A stretch of 64,000 bases of DNA from Chthonomonadales bacterium (GTDB lineage Bacteria > Armatimonadota > Chthonomonadetes > Chthonomonadales > CAJBBX01). The notes beneath the pieces were generated by a model, which worked only from the letters and a program-made list of their open reading frames with translations, was not told where the DNA came from and searched no databases. This document shows positions 28,789-37,948 of this stretch, piece by piece (position 1 is the stretch's first letter; each line of letters opens with the position of its first letter). Made by a program: the position numbers and the translations under genes. The stretch spans positions 1-64,000 of the forward strand of contig JBBIPC010000005.1 of the NCBI GenBank assembly GCA_037443035.1. The letters are read 5' to 3'.

Positions 28789-28903
28789 CTCTGCTGCTCC
28801 ACGAAAGCACGTGTTGTCGCGATATCCTCTCGATTCTACCCTCGGCCGATCGTACCGACGCTAGGGTAGTGCGGGCGTCCCGTGCTCCCGCGACCCGGCG
28901 GCC

Positions 28904-29194
28904 CTAGAAGATCTGTTCAGCGTCACACGCGAAGACGCGAATGGCCAGGCGGCCCGACCGCTCCTCCTCCAATGCTGCGATGGCGTCGCGGATGGGCGCC
29001 ACTAGCTCATCCGGCACACAGCTCATGATCACCGAGTTCAGGCCGGGCCACACCGGCGACCCCTCGCGGCGACCATGGGTGCCGAACCCCCAGGCGTCGC
29101 TGAACCGCGTGTATCCCGTCACCCCAGCTTCGGTGAGGATGCTGATGACGCGCGGGTCTACGTTCGCTTCGCAGAATATGAACAGCATTCGCAT
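28904..29194 (-). CDS. PII-like (PG0541-type) transporter-associated small protein
   Basis: GVTGYTRF....GFG..G.REG..VWPGLNS motif; lies directly after the RND gene. Confidence 0.75.
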   Translation of the reverse strand: MRMLFIFCEANVDPRVISILTEAGVTGYTRFSDAWGFGTHGRREGSPVWPGLNSVIMSCVPDELVAPIRDAIAALEEERSGRLAIRVFACDAEQIF

Positions 29195-29261
29195 GGCTAA
29201 GCCTCTCAGGAGAGAAGTAAGCTAGAGCGGCATGGCACTGCCGCCCTAGCCCGACTCGTCA

Positions 29262-32200
29262 CTATCGTCTCCGATGCCTCAGCCGCCCCCAGAGCTCGGT
29301 GGCATCGTCGAAGTACGTGTAGACGCACGGAATGACCAGCAACGTCAGCATGGTGGACAAGATGAGGCCACCAATTACCGGAGTAGCAAGGGGAGCCCGG
29401 AACTCAGCCCCGCGCCCTAACCCCAGCGCGGTCGGCAGCATGCCGAAGATCATCGCGATGGTCGTCATGAGGATCGGTCGCAGCCGCGTCGGTCCGGCCT
29501 CGAGAATGGCTTCGGTCCGGGACTTGCCTCTTGCGCGCAGCGTGTTCGTATAGTCCACGAGCAGAATGGCGTTCTTGGTGACGAGACCGACGAGCATGAT
29601 GACTCCGATCATGGAGACGATGGAGAGCGAGTGATTCGCCGCCATCAGACCCAGAAGGGCGCCCACCAGAGCCTGGGGCAGGGACAGCATGATCACCAGC
29701 GGGTAGAGCATGTTGTTGAACAGCGCAGCCATGAGCATGTAGACCAGGACAATGGACAGGCCGAGAGCTGCGAAGAGGTAGGCACCTTCCTCCTGTTGGA
29801 AACGGTTTTCCCCGCCCCACTTCCACAGGACGTTGCCGAAGTCGATCTTCTTCGCTGCCATCTTCTCCTCGATGACAAGTCGCAGATTGCCCGGCGCATA
29901 CCCAGGGCGAATGTTGGCCGTTACGGAAACGAGCTTCTGTCTGTCCATGCGATCAATCTTCGTCGGCCCTTCGGCAAGAGTGACGCGGGCTACGTCGGCC
30001 AGTCGAACCGGTTGCAGCTTCCCGTCGGAACCGGCCACCTGGCCAACGACGATCGTGCCTATCTGCGCAGTGTCTTTCCGGTACGGGTCGGCGAACTGAA
30101 CCCTGATCCGATATTCGTTGCCGCCCTCGCGATATACCGTCGAGTCGTCACCTTCCAACGAAGTCCTGAGGGCCATGGCAATCTGTCCTACGGTCAGCCC
30201 GAAAGATGCCGCCTTCTGCCGGTCCACCTCGATCCTCTGTTCGGGACGACCCAGACGCGTGCTGATGTCGGCGTCGAGAACCCCGGGAGTCTCCGCCATG
30301 ACATCCCGCACTTGCTTGGCGAGCCTCGTTAGCTGGCCGATGTCATTGCCGAGAAGGTCGATCTGAAGCGGGGCAGTTCCTCCCCGGAACCCACTCACCG
30401 CCGCAACTTTGATCGTGGCCCCAGGAATGGCGCCGATCTTCCTACGCACTTCGTCTGCCACTTCCGTGCTCGGACGTTGGCGAAGGCGCGACTTGTCCAC
30501 GAAGGGGTTCACAGCCTCCAGGAGGCTGACCTTCTCTCGCAGCTTCAGGGTGATCGTGAAGTATTGCGTACCGACCGACGCCGCGCCCATCATGCCACTG
30601 CTTGTGGCGCCGATAGCAGTGAAGATGTTCTGCACATCGGGGACGCTTGCGATGGTGTCTTCGATACCCGTGACCACTTCGCGTGTACGTGCTAGCGACG
30701 TACCGGCAGGCAACTCCCCGATGATACCGACGGTTCCTTGGTCCTGATCCGGCGCGAACCGGAAGTTCAGCAGTGGCTTGCCTGCGGCCACGCCCAACCC
30801 AAACGCGAGGAAGACACCAGCCACCGCCGCGCCGGTGACAATGAGACCGAGGATCCTATAGGGCCACAGAAGGATCAGGCCGAAGACCGCTAGGACGACC
30901 GCCACCGGCAACAGCGTTCTGGCCAAGGCCGTGCCTGCCACGGATGCCGCGATCATGACGAAAATGAGCAGGAGAAGGGAGCCGCCAATATAGACCACGA
31001 TTCCTCTGTATCGAAGAGCCCAGCTCAGTGCACCTCGGTACAGGCGGTCGAGAGCCTTGTAGAAAGCGTTGATCAGGCCGAAGAAGCCGTGCTCGGCCTC
31101 CACCGCTTCTCCCGCTCGATACCATCTCGCGGCAAGCAATGGCGTCAGGGTGAAGGACATCAGCAGCGAGAACAGAGTCGCCGACGCGATGGTGATACCG
31201 AACGCCTTGAAGAACTGGCCCACAATGCCACCCATGAACGCGATGGGCACGAATACGACCACGTCCACCAGCGTGATCGTTACGGCCGCGAGACCGATCT
31301 CGCCGCGTCCATTGACGGCTGCCTCGACTGGCTGTTCGCCCTTGGTCAAGTGGCGGTAGATGTTCTCGAGAACGACAATGCTGTCGTCCACTAGGATGCC
31401 CACGGAGAGCGACAAGCCGAGGAGAGTCATGGTGTTCAGCGTGAATCCGAAGGCGTACATCGGCAGGAACGTCGCGATCACGGACGTGGGGATGGCAATG
31501 CCTACAATTAGGGTTCCTCGAAGGTTGTGGAGGAATAGGAAGACGACCACGACAGCCAAGAACGCACCAAGAACAAGACTCATGACCACGTCCTCGACGG
31601 AGTGCTCGACGTTCTCGGAGAGGTCCTGATTCATGACGAACCGGATGTCCTTGGGCAGCTCTTTCTCTAGAAGCGCCACCTCGGTGCGGACGCGCTTAGC
31701 GATCTCGACCGTGTTGCCTTCGGATGTCTTCTGGATGACGATAGCGACCGAGTCCTCGCGATTGATACGGCTCGCGTCGCGTCGTTCCTCGACGGTATCA
31801 CGAATAACGGCGATGTCGGAAAGGCGTACCGTTCGGCCATCGGGCATGCGCATGGCGGTGTCGGCGATGGTTCTTACGTCCCGGTACTCACCGACGACGC
31901 GGACACTGTACTCGCGGTTGCCCTCGATGACATGGCCGACGGGAAAGTTCAGCGTGTTGGCCTGGATGGCCGCCACCACTTGCTGGATGCCGATGTTGTA
32001 GGCGTCCAGCCGTTCCTTCCTGACGCCGACCTGGATCTCCCGAACATCGCCTCCGGTGACCGTTACGGCAGCGACGCCGCTGATCTTGCTGAGGCGGGGC
32101 TTGACGATGTTGTCGGCAATGTCGCGGATTTCCCGGCTAGGGCGCTTTCCCACGATGCCGTAGTAGATGATCGGCATCGAGTTGATGTCGAACTTGAGGA

Positions 32201-32582
32201 CCACAGGGTCCTTGCAATCGTCGGGTAACGAAGCTCGAAGAGCGCTAACCTTCTCACGGACATCGGAAGCCGCCACGTCGGATGGCGTGCCTATGTTGAA
32301 CTCGATGGTAACGGCGCTCTGGCCCTCCTGAGAGTTGGAGGTGATCGTCTTGACGCCGTTGACGCTTGCCACGGCGTCTTCGATTTTCTTCGTTACCTGG
32401 GTCTCGATCTCCTGAGGTCCTGCGCCCGGGTAGATGGTAAGCACCGCGATCATGGGAAAGTCCACGCGCGGATTCAGCTCCAGGCTCATCTTGCTGCGGG
32501 AATTCCAGCCGAGGACGATGAGTGCCGATACCAGCATGAGGATGAAGACAGGACGGCGGATGGCAAGGTTAGTCAGCCACAT
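29262..32582 (-). CDS. RND family efflux transporter permease (HAE1/AcrB-like)
   Basis: AIRRPV, YPGAGP.EIE, GILVDDSIVVLENI, KNAILLVD and RLRPILMTT motifs. Confidence 0.95.
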   Translation of the reverse strand: MWLTNLAIRRPVFILMLVSALIVLGWNSRSKMSLELNPRVDFPMIAVLTIYPGAGPQEIETQVTKKIEDAVASVNGVKTITSNSQEGQSAVTIEFNIGTPSDVAASDVREKVSALRASLPDDCKDPVVLKFDINSMPIIYYGIVGKRPSREIRDIADNIVKPRLSKISGVAAVTVTGGDVREIQVGVRKERLDAYNIGIQQVVAAIQANTLNFPVGHVIEGNREYSVRVVGEYRDVRTIADTAMRMPDGRTVRLSDIAVIRDTVEERRDASRINREDSVAIVIQKTSEGNTVEIAKRVRTEVALLEKELPKDIRFVMNQDLSENVEHSVEDVVMSLVLGAFLAVVVVFLFLHNLRGTLIVGIAIPTSVIATFLPMYAFGFTLNTMTLLGLSLSVGILVDDSIVVLENIYRHLTKGEQPVEAAVNGRGEIGLAAVTITLVDVVVFVPIAFMGGIVGQFFKAFGITIASATLFSLLMSFTLTPLLAARWYRAGEAVEAEHGFFGLINAFYKALDRLYRGALSWALRYRGIVVYIGGSLLLLIFVMIAASVAGTALARTLLPVAVVLAVFGLILLWPYRILGLIVTGAAVAGVFLAFGLGVAAGKPLLNFRFAPDQDQGTVGIIGELPAGTSLARTREVVTGIEDTIASVPDVQNIFTAIGATSSGMMGAASVGTQYFTITLKLREKVSLLEAVNPFVDKSRLRQRPSTEVADEVRRKIGAIPGATIKVAAVSGFRGGTAPLQIDLLGNDIGQLTRLAKQVRDVMAETPGVLDADISTRLGRPEQRIEVDRQKAASFGLTVGQIAMALRTSLEGDDSTVYREGGNEYRIRVQFADPYRKDTAQIGTIVVGQVAGSDGKLQPVRLADVARVTLAEGPTKIDRMDRQKLVSVTANIRPGYAPGNLRLVIEEKMAAKKIDFGNVLWKWGGENRFQQEEGAYLFAALGLSIVLVYMLMAALFNNMLYPLVIMLSLPQALVGALLGLMAANHSLSIVSMIGVIMLVGLVTKNAILLVDYTNTLRARGKSRTEAILEAGPTRLRPILMTTIAMIFGMLPTALGLGRGAEFRAPLATPVIGGLILSTMLTLLVIPCVYTYFDDATELWGRLRHRRR

Positions 32583-32612
32583 ACAGGACTCCTTCCAATG
32601 CAGTTCGGCCGG

Positions 32613-34151
32613 CTAGCGCACAGTGACTGTATCGCCGTTCCGCAGCACGTTCTGTCCTGCGACAACGACCCGGTCGCCCGGCTTCACACCCGAGAGGATT
32701 TCCACGAACTCCGGATTGCTGAATCCAACCCGCACCTTGCGTTCTTCCGCCCTGTTGTTCGCGTCCACGACGAAAACGGTTGCCTCGCTATCCGTGCCCC
32801 CGAAGATCACCGCGTCCTTATTGACCAGCGTGGCATTCCGATGGGTCCCAACGTTGATCATGCCTCTTGCGAACATCTGGGGCCTCAGCCGGCTATCACC
32901 TTGGAAATCCACGCGGACGGTGAAGCTCCGGGCGGCAGATGATGCCACTGGAAAGATCCTCGTGACCCGTCCGGCGTATCTGCGGTTCGGCAGCGCATCC
33001 ACGGTGACGTCCACCGGTTGGCCAACGGCGAGATCAGCGTATTCGCTTTCGGAGACGGTGGCTTGGAAGTACACAGAGCCAGGGGCCACAATACGAACGA
33101 TGGGTCCACCAGCGCCAAGCTGCTGTCCCGGCTCAGCGAGTCGCGCTGCAACATACCCATTCACGGGAGCCCGCACGTAAGCGTTATTCAGCGCGTTCTT
33201 GGCAATGTCCAGTGCCGCCCGCGCCTGTCGCACAGACTGCTCGGCAGTGGCAACGCCTGCCTGCGCAGAGCGAAGCGCTGCTCTGGCATTGGCTACGTCT
33301 GCCTTTCTCAGATCCACCTGACGGCGATCTGCCTCGGCCTTCTTCAGACCTTCTTGAGCCTGCTCCACTGCTAGCTCGGCCTTGCGGATGTCTTCCTTCC
33401 GCGCCCCCTCTTGAACGAGGGAAAATGCCTCGAGCGCGGTCCGATAGCTCGCTTCGGCTGCATCGTACGAAGCCTGGACCTGATCGAGCTGACTGGCGGA
33501 GATGGCCTGATCCTGGTACAGCTCTTTCATGCGCTTCAGGTCTGCCGACAACTTGTCGAGATTCGCCTTGGCCGCTCGGACTTGCTGCTGGGCCTGCTCA
33601 CGCTCCTGTTGCCGGGCGCCCTGACGCACGACGGAGAGCGTCTGCTCTGCCGAGGCCAGAGCCGCCCTAGCGACCGCCAGCGCTGCTGCCGTGCTCTTGT
33701 CCGTCACATCGAGGTTCATCTCGGCCTGCGACAGTTGGTTCCGCGCCTGCTCGGCAAGTATGTTCGCCTGATGTTGGCGCGCGACTGCAGCATCGAGATT
33801 GGCCCGAGCTGACTCCACCTGCGCTTGGTAGTCCACCATGTCCATCGTGGCAACGATCTGTCCGACGGTCACCGGATCGCCCTCGCGCACGAGAACGGCG
33901 GTAACCTTGCCAGCCATGCGAGCACCAACCACCACGTCGTTCAGCGCAACCAGGCTTCCCGTGACTTCCACGGACTTCGAAATATCGCGCCTGATCGCGG
34001 GCGCGACCGTAACTGCGGCACCGCCATTGCCATGCGCTTCACGTTTCTCTGGCGCTGCAGTCCTGCTGCAGCCGCCGACGACAGCGCCAACGATAGCGAC
34101 GGCGACAAGCAGAGCCGATCGCTGCATAGGGTGAGAAGTCTTGCTGATCAC
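32613..34151 (-). CDS. RND periplasmic adaptor (membrane fusion) lipoprotein with a long coiled coil
   Basis: Lipobox VGGC; lipoyl-like halves V.EGD.V..GQ and VRAPVNG; LRPQMFA. Confidence 0.92.
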   Translation of the reverse strand: MISKTSHPMQRSALLVAVAIVGAVVGGCSRTAAPEKREAHGNGGAAVTVAPAIRRDISKSVEVTGSLVALNDVVVGARMAGKVTAVLVREGDPVTVGQIVATMDMVDYQAQVESARANLDAAVARQHQANILAEQARNQLSQAEMNLDVTDKSTAAALAVARAALASAEQTLSVVRQGARQQEREQAQQQVRAAKANLDKLSADLKRMKELYQDQAISASQLDQVQASYDAAEASYRTALEAFSLVQEGARKEDIRKAELAVEQAQEGLKKAEADRRQVDLRKADVANARAALRSAQAGVATAEQSVRQARAALDIAKNALNNAYVRAPVNGYVAARLAEPGQQLGAGGPIVRIVAPGSVYFQATVSESEYADLAVGQPVDVTVDALPNRRYAGRVTRIFPVASSAARSFTVRVDFQGDSRLRPQMFARGMINVGTHRNATLVNKDAVIFGGTDSEATVFVVDANNRAEERKVRVGFSNPEFVEILSGVKPGDRVVVAGQNVLRNGDTVTVR

Positions 34152-35584
34152 TTGCGTTCTCCAGGGGGGACCGTGTCCAGACCAGGTCGGGCGTTGGCTC
34201 CATAGGCGTACTTTCCGGTAGCACGCTCCAGCCTCGTCCGAGCAGTCTCGACGTCGTACTGAGCATTGATCTTGTTCGTTTGCGCTTGTGTCAGGGCCGT
34301 CTGAGCGTCACTGATCTCCAGCAAAGGTGATCCACCCGGCGTAAGCGTTACGCCTGCCTTGTATCGGACCTGCGCCAGGCGATAGGCCTCCTCCGCCTGT
34401 GCCAGCGCTGCCTCGGCAACCTTGAGCCGCTCATTCGCTTCCACAAGCGACAGGTAGGCCTGACGCACCTCCAGGGCAATGCCATCCATAGCTTGCCGTC
34501 GGCTCAAGCGCGCAGCTTCGAGGCTCGCTTCGGCCTGCTGACGCCGTGCGGCCCCGACCCCTCCGTCGAAGATCGGCACCGTAACCTTGGCGACGGCAGC
34601 CCAGGAAGACTTGCGGCCGAACGCACCGGCGTCAGGAGTATATTGCTGGCTCCAGGCCACAGCCAGAGTGGGTAACTGACTGCGGCTGGCGAGGTAATGA
34701 CCCTTCTCTGCGGCCTTGATGCCGGCCTCGGCTTGCAGCACCTCAGGCCGAACGCGGTACGCCTCATCCAGCGCGGCGTCCAGAGGCGGAGGCGTCACAG
34801 GCGAGGGTGGAGAAGGCAGCGGTTCGAGCTCCAGTGGCGTGTTCTGGTCCAGCCCCATGATGTTGTCGAGGGCTGCTGTTGCCAGGTCCACTCGGTTGCG
34901 CGCGCTGATAAGGTTCTGCCGGGCATTGGCGATATCCGCCTGCGAGCGAAGGACGTCGAACTTAGTCCCTGTGCCGGCTTTCAAGTAGGCTTCCGCAATG
35001 CGGCCCCGTTCCTCTGCATTCTTCAGCGCCTGTTCTGCGACCTCGACGAACGCCTGGGCCCGGAGCACGTCGTAGTATGCCGTGGTCACATCCTGAACGA
35101 GCTGATTCCGCTGCCGGTTGTAGTCCAGACGTGCGATGAGATACTGAAACTCGGAGAGGGACGCCGCGGCTTTGAGCATGCCCGAGATGTCCACCGGCAC
35201 AGCGGCCGTGATCGTCGCGCTCTTCTGATCCTGTTTGACAATCGTGATACGTTGGGAAGGGTCGGCGCCGAGCTGGGCAGTGACGCCCTGATCCAGATGG
35301 GTCAGTGAGCCCTCAGCGCTGAGTGTTGGTAGGAACGCCGACTTGCTTTCGTTCAGCGCCCCTCGCGCTTTCACGACCTGCTGAGCCGCCGCTCTGAGTG
35401 CCAGGCTATTGCCTAGTGCGGTCTCCACAGCCGACTGCAGCGTGATCTTGCGCGCGGCCGGCTTGGAACCCGGCACCGTAGTCGGTCCCGGTGCCTGAGC
35501 CGGCGCGCTGGGTACCAAGCAGACGCCGAGGGTGGCTCCAACCAGACCGATCCATAGGCGTTGTATCATAGGCTTTCTCCTCAT
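34148..35584 (-). CDS. TolC family outer membrane efflux protein
   Basis: Signal peptide; two OEP repeats (AYYDVL, RPEV, VPIFDGG, RQAYLSL). Confidence 0.92.
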   Translation of the reverse strand: MRRKPMIQRLWIGLVGATLGVCLVPSAPAQAPGPTTVPGSKPAARKITLQSAVETALGNSLALRAAAQQVVKARGALNESKSAFLPTLSAEGSLTHLDQGVTAQLGADPSQRITIVKQDQKSATITAAVPVDISGMLKAAASLSEFQYLIARLDYNRQRNQLVQDVTTAYYDVLRAQAFVEVAEQALKNAEERGRIAEAYLKAGTGTKFDVLRSQADIANARQNLISARNRVDLATAALDNIMGLDQNTPLELEPLPSPPSPVTPPPLDAALDEAYRVRPEVLQAEAGIKAAEKGHYLASRSQLPTLAVAWSQQYTPDAGAFGRKSSWAAVAKVTVPIFDGGVGAARRQQAEASLEAARLSRRQAMDGIALEVRQAYLSLVEANERLKVAEAALAQAEEAYRLAQVRYKAGVTLTPGGSPLLEISDAQTALTQAQTNKINAQYDVETARTRLERATGKYAYGANARPGLDTVPPGERK

Positions 35585-35588
35585 CTTG

Positions 35589-36218
35589 TCAATCCGCGGC
35601 GTCCTGACGCGTCGTCAGCCCATGCATGAGCAAGCGCGTGAAATGGACCGCCATGTGTTCGGCCACGGCCTCCCACTCCTCACGTGGCAAGCGTCCGTGG
35701 ATGATGAAAAACGTAACAGAAGTGCCCAGGATGCTCCCCGCAACGACTTTCGGGTCAACATCCGAACGGATATGTCCGGCAGCCTGATGCCTGCGCAAGT
35801 ACGCTGCGATGGCATCGTGCGTTTCGTCGTTGTACTGCTGGCTGAGCGCTGCCAGTTCTCCATCGCGAAGCATCTCGGCCGCGTGCATGCGGAATGCTGG
35901 CCCGTTCTCGTATAGGATGTCGAGATGCTCCCGGATCAAGTGATGAAGGACTTCGCCCACAGGGCGGTCATCTGCCTCCTGAACGATAGCGAGAGCACGT
36001 GCGTGCCAACTGTGCCTGTGCCAGCACTCACTGATGAGTGCCGCCTTGCTGGGGAAGTAGTGGTAGATGAGCCCTTCTGTGATGCCGACCTCCCGGGCGA
36101 TATCCCGAATGGTCGTACCCTCATAGCCTTTCTCACAGAAGAGCCGGACAGCCGCGTCGAGAATCTCCTCCCTGCGCTGCTCCGCTCCGTGGCGGCGTGG
36201 TTCTGGGATAGCCGTCAT
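35589..36218 (-). CDS. TetR/AcrR family transcriptional regulator
   Basis: ILDAAVRLFCEKGYEGTTIRDIAREVGITEGLIYHYFPSK HTH; start at 36218 preferred, 36248 possible. Confidence 0.93.
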   Translation of the reverse strand: MTAIPEPRRHGAEQRREEILDAAVRLFCEKGYEGTTIRDIAREVGITEGLIYHYFPSKAALISECWHRHSWHARALAIVQEADDRPVGEVLHHLIREHLDILYENGPAFRMHAAEMLRDGELAALSQQYNDETHDAIAAYLRRHQAAGHIRSDVDPKVVAGSILGTSVTFFIIHGRLPREEWEAVAEHMAVHFTRLLMHGLTTRQDAAD

Positions 36219-36232
36219 GCGCACCTGCGTTG

Positions 36233-36257
36233 TTGAGTAAATGTTCAATCAATGATA
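36233..36257 (-). promoter_or_regulatory. Putative -10 box and TetR operator of the efflux operon
   Basis: Minus strand TATCAT followed by the imperfect palindrome TTGAACATTTACTCAA. Confidence 0.45.
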
Positions 36258-36380
36258 CCGCATGTCTGCCACGAAAGTTTCACCTCTGGTGAGTCTTTTT
36301 CGGGCAGTTCGGCAGACCGTCTGGGCAACGTTCCAGGAACGCAGGACTCCGCGCCGCTTGCAGCGTACAATGTACTGACC

Positions 36381-36902
36381 ATGACGAGTTCCACAGACAA
36401 GGGCAGCTCTGCAAAGAAAGACGATCGCGGCGCGGTGAGCTTTCGCGCCTGGGGCGAGGAGGTCATACGCCAACGCATTGGCAAGCTCCTCAGCTACACG
36501 CGAGCGGTCCGTCGAGGCAACGATCCCGACGCCCTACACGATATGCGTGTGGCGTCCCGGCGCCTGCGCGCGGCGCTCAATGTCTTCGCCGAAGCTTTCG
36601 AATGCCCGGACTACGGCCGACTCCAGAAGGAGATGCGTCAAGTCACCGCTGCGCTGAGCCGCGCACGGGATCTCGACGTCATGATCGCTGGTCTGCAGAA
36701 AGATGCAGCCCGGCTTCCTGCTAGCCAGCGCAGCGTTATCAGCGACGTCATCCGCGAATGGACGGCCGAGCGACGCAAGGCACAAGGGGATGTTGTGGCG
36801 ATCCTGGACAGGCTGATAGCATCGGATATCGCGGGTGTGTTCGAGGGTATCGTAGCTGCCACGGCGCCCACCTCCGAGGAGCGAGCTGCCCATGAACCGT
36901 GA
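36381..36902 (+). CDS. CHAD domain protein, N-lobe half
   Basis: DALHDMRVASRRLRAAL...ARDLDV. Confidence 0.85.
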   Translation: MTSSTDKGSSAKKDDRGAVSFRAWGEEVIRQRIGKLLSYTRAVRRGNDPDALHDMRVASRRLRAALNVFAEAFECPDYGRLQKEMRQVTAALSRARDLDVMIAGLQKDAARLPASQRSVISDVIREWTAERRKAQGDVVAILDRLIASDIAGVFEGIVAATAPTSEERAAHEP

Positions 36903-37434
36903 ATCTGCCGTCCACGGCATAGATCCCCAGGCGTCGGTTGCGGAGAATGCGCCTCTCATCATCGCAGCCCGAGTGCAGGACCTTGTCCAGTGGGAACCAT
37001 TCCTGAAGGATCCTTCCCGTGTGACAGAACTCCACGAGATGCGCATCGCAGCGAAACGACTCCGTTACACGTTGGAGATCTTCGCACCGCCGCTGGGCGG
37101 CGTGATCCCAGCGGTAATCGAACGTCTCAAAGTGCTGCAGGATCTCTTGGGTGACATCCATGACCTCGACGTGGCGGCGCCGCTCCTGATCAAGTCTGCC
37201 CGGAAGGCTATGAGGATCGGCCGAAAGATGGAGACCTGGCAGGAGACTGACCTGATGAGTGTCGCAGGGCTATGCACGCTTTGTCGAAGGAAACAAGCCC
37301 TCCGTAGGACGCTGCACGCTCGCGCGAAGGCTGAGTGGCGGCGCCTGCGCAAGGACGGACTCCTCGACGCTCTGTGCAGTGGCATGTCGGATGCCAACGC
37401 GAAGACAGGAGGAAGCAATGCCGTGGTGTCCTGA
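36892..37434 (+). CDS. CHAD domain protein, C-lobe half
   Basis: LHEMRIAAKRLRYTLE...LQDLLGDIHDLDV. Confidence 0.85.
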   Translation: MNRESAVHGIDPQASVAENAPLIIAARVQDLVQWEPFLKDPSRVTELHEMRIAAKRLRYTLEIFAPPLGGVIPAVIERLKVLQDLLGDIHDLDVAAPLLIKSARKAMRIGRKMETWQETDLMSVAGLCTLCRRKQALRRTLHARAKAEWRRLRKDGLLDALCSGMSDANAKTGGSNAVVS

Positions 37435-37825
37435 ATGCAGAACGGAATACGACGCAGGCATACAGAGATGCGCGGACTGCGGCGCAGCTCTGGTCACGGA
37501 GCTGCCGCCAGAGGACTTCGGCAGAGACCCAGTCATTATCCTCAGGGCCAAGAACGCGCACGAAGCGCAAGTGAGCGCCGCCACGCTCCGCTCGGAAGGC
37601 ATTCCCACCTACGTCGCTTCGCCGGATGTCTACCTGCCTCAGCTCGGCAACCCCGTGGCGTCGGTCACCCCCGAGTTCTTCGTATGGGTACCAGCGGATG
37701 CCGCGGACGACGCTCGACGTGTTCTTTCCCAGCCGCCGGTTTCCGAGGAGGATCTGCTCGAGGCTGAGCAGGCGACGGATCCTGAGCCAGAGATAGACGA
37801 GGAACTCCCGACCGACGCTCCGTAG
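37418..37825 (+). CDS. Zinc-ribbon plus DUF2007-like putative signal-transducing protein
   Basis: MPWCPECRTEY.....CADCG..LV; L.SEGIP; V...A..AR..L; AGGAGG SD. Confidence 0.8.
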   Translation: MPWCPECRTEYDAGIQRCADCGAALVTELPPEDFGRDPVIILRAKNAHEAQVSAATLRSEGIPTYVASPDVYLPQLGNPVASVTPEFFVWVPADAADDARRVLSQPPVSEEDLLEAEQATDPEPEIDEELPTDAP

Positions 37826-37948
37826 AGTGCTCTGCGAGTTCCCGCGACACGGCGCAGGCAACCCCCGCGAACCCAGCGTGCGTATAGAACACCATGCCAC
37901 GGGAGTGCGAGGGGCTGCGTCGGCGAATCGCACCATCCGCCATGGAGG

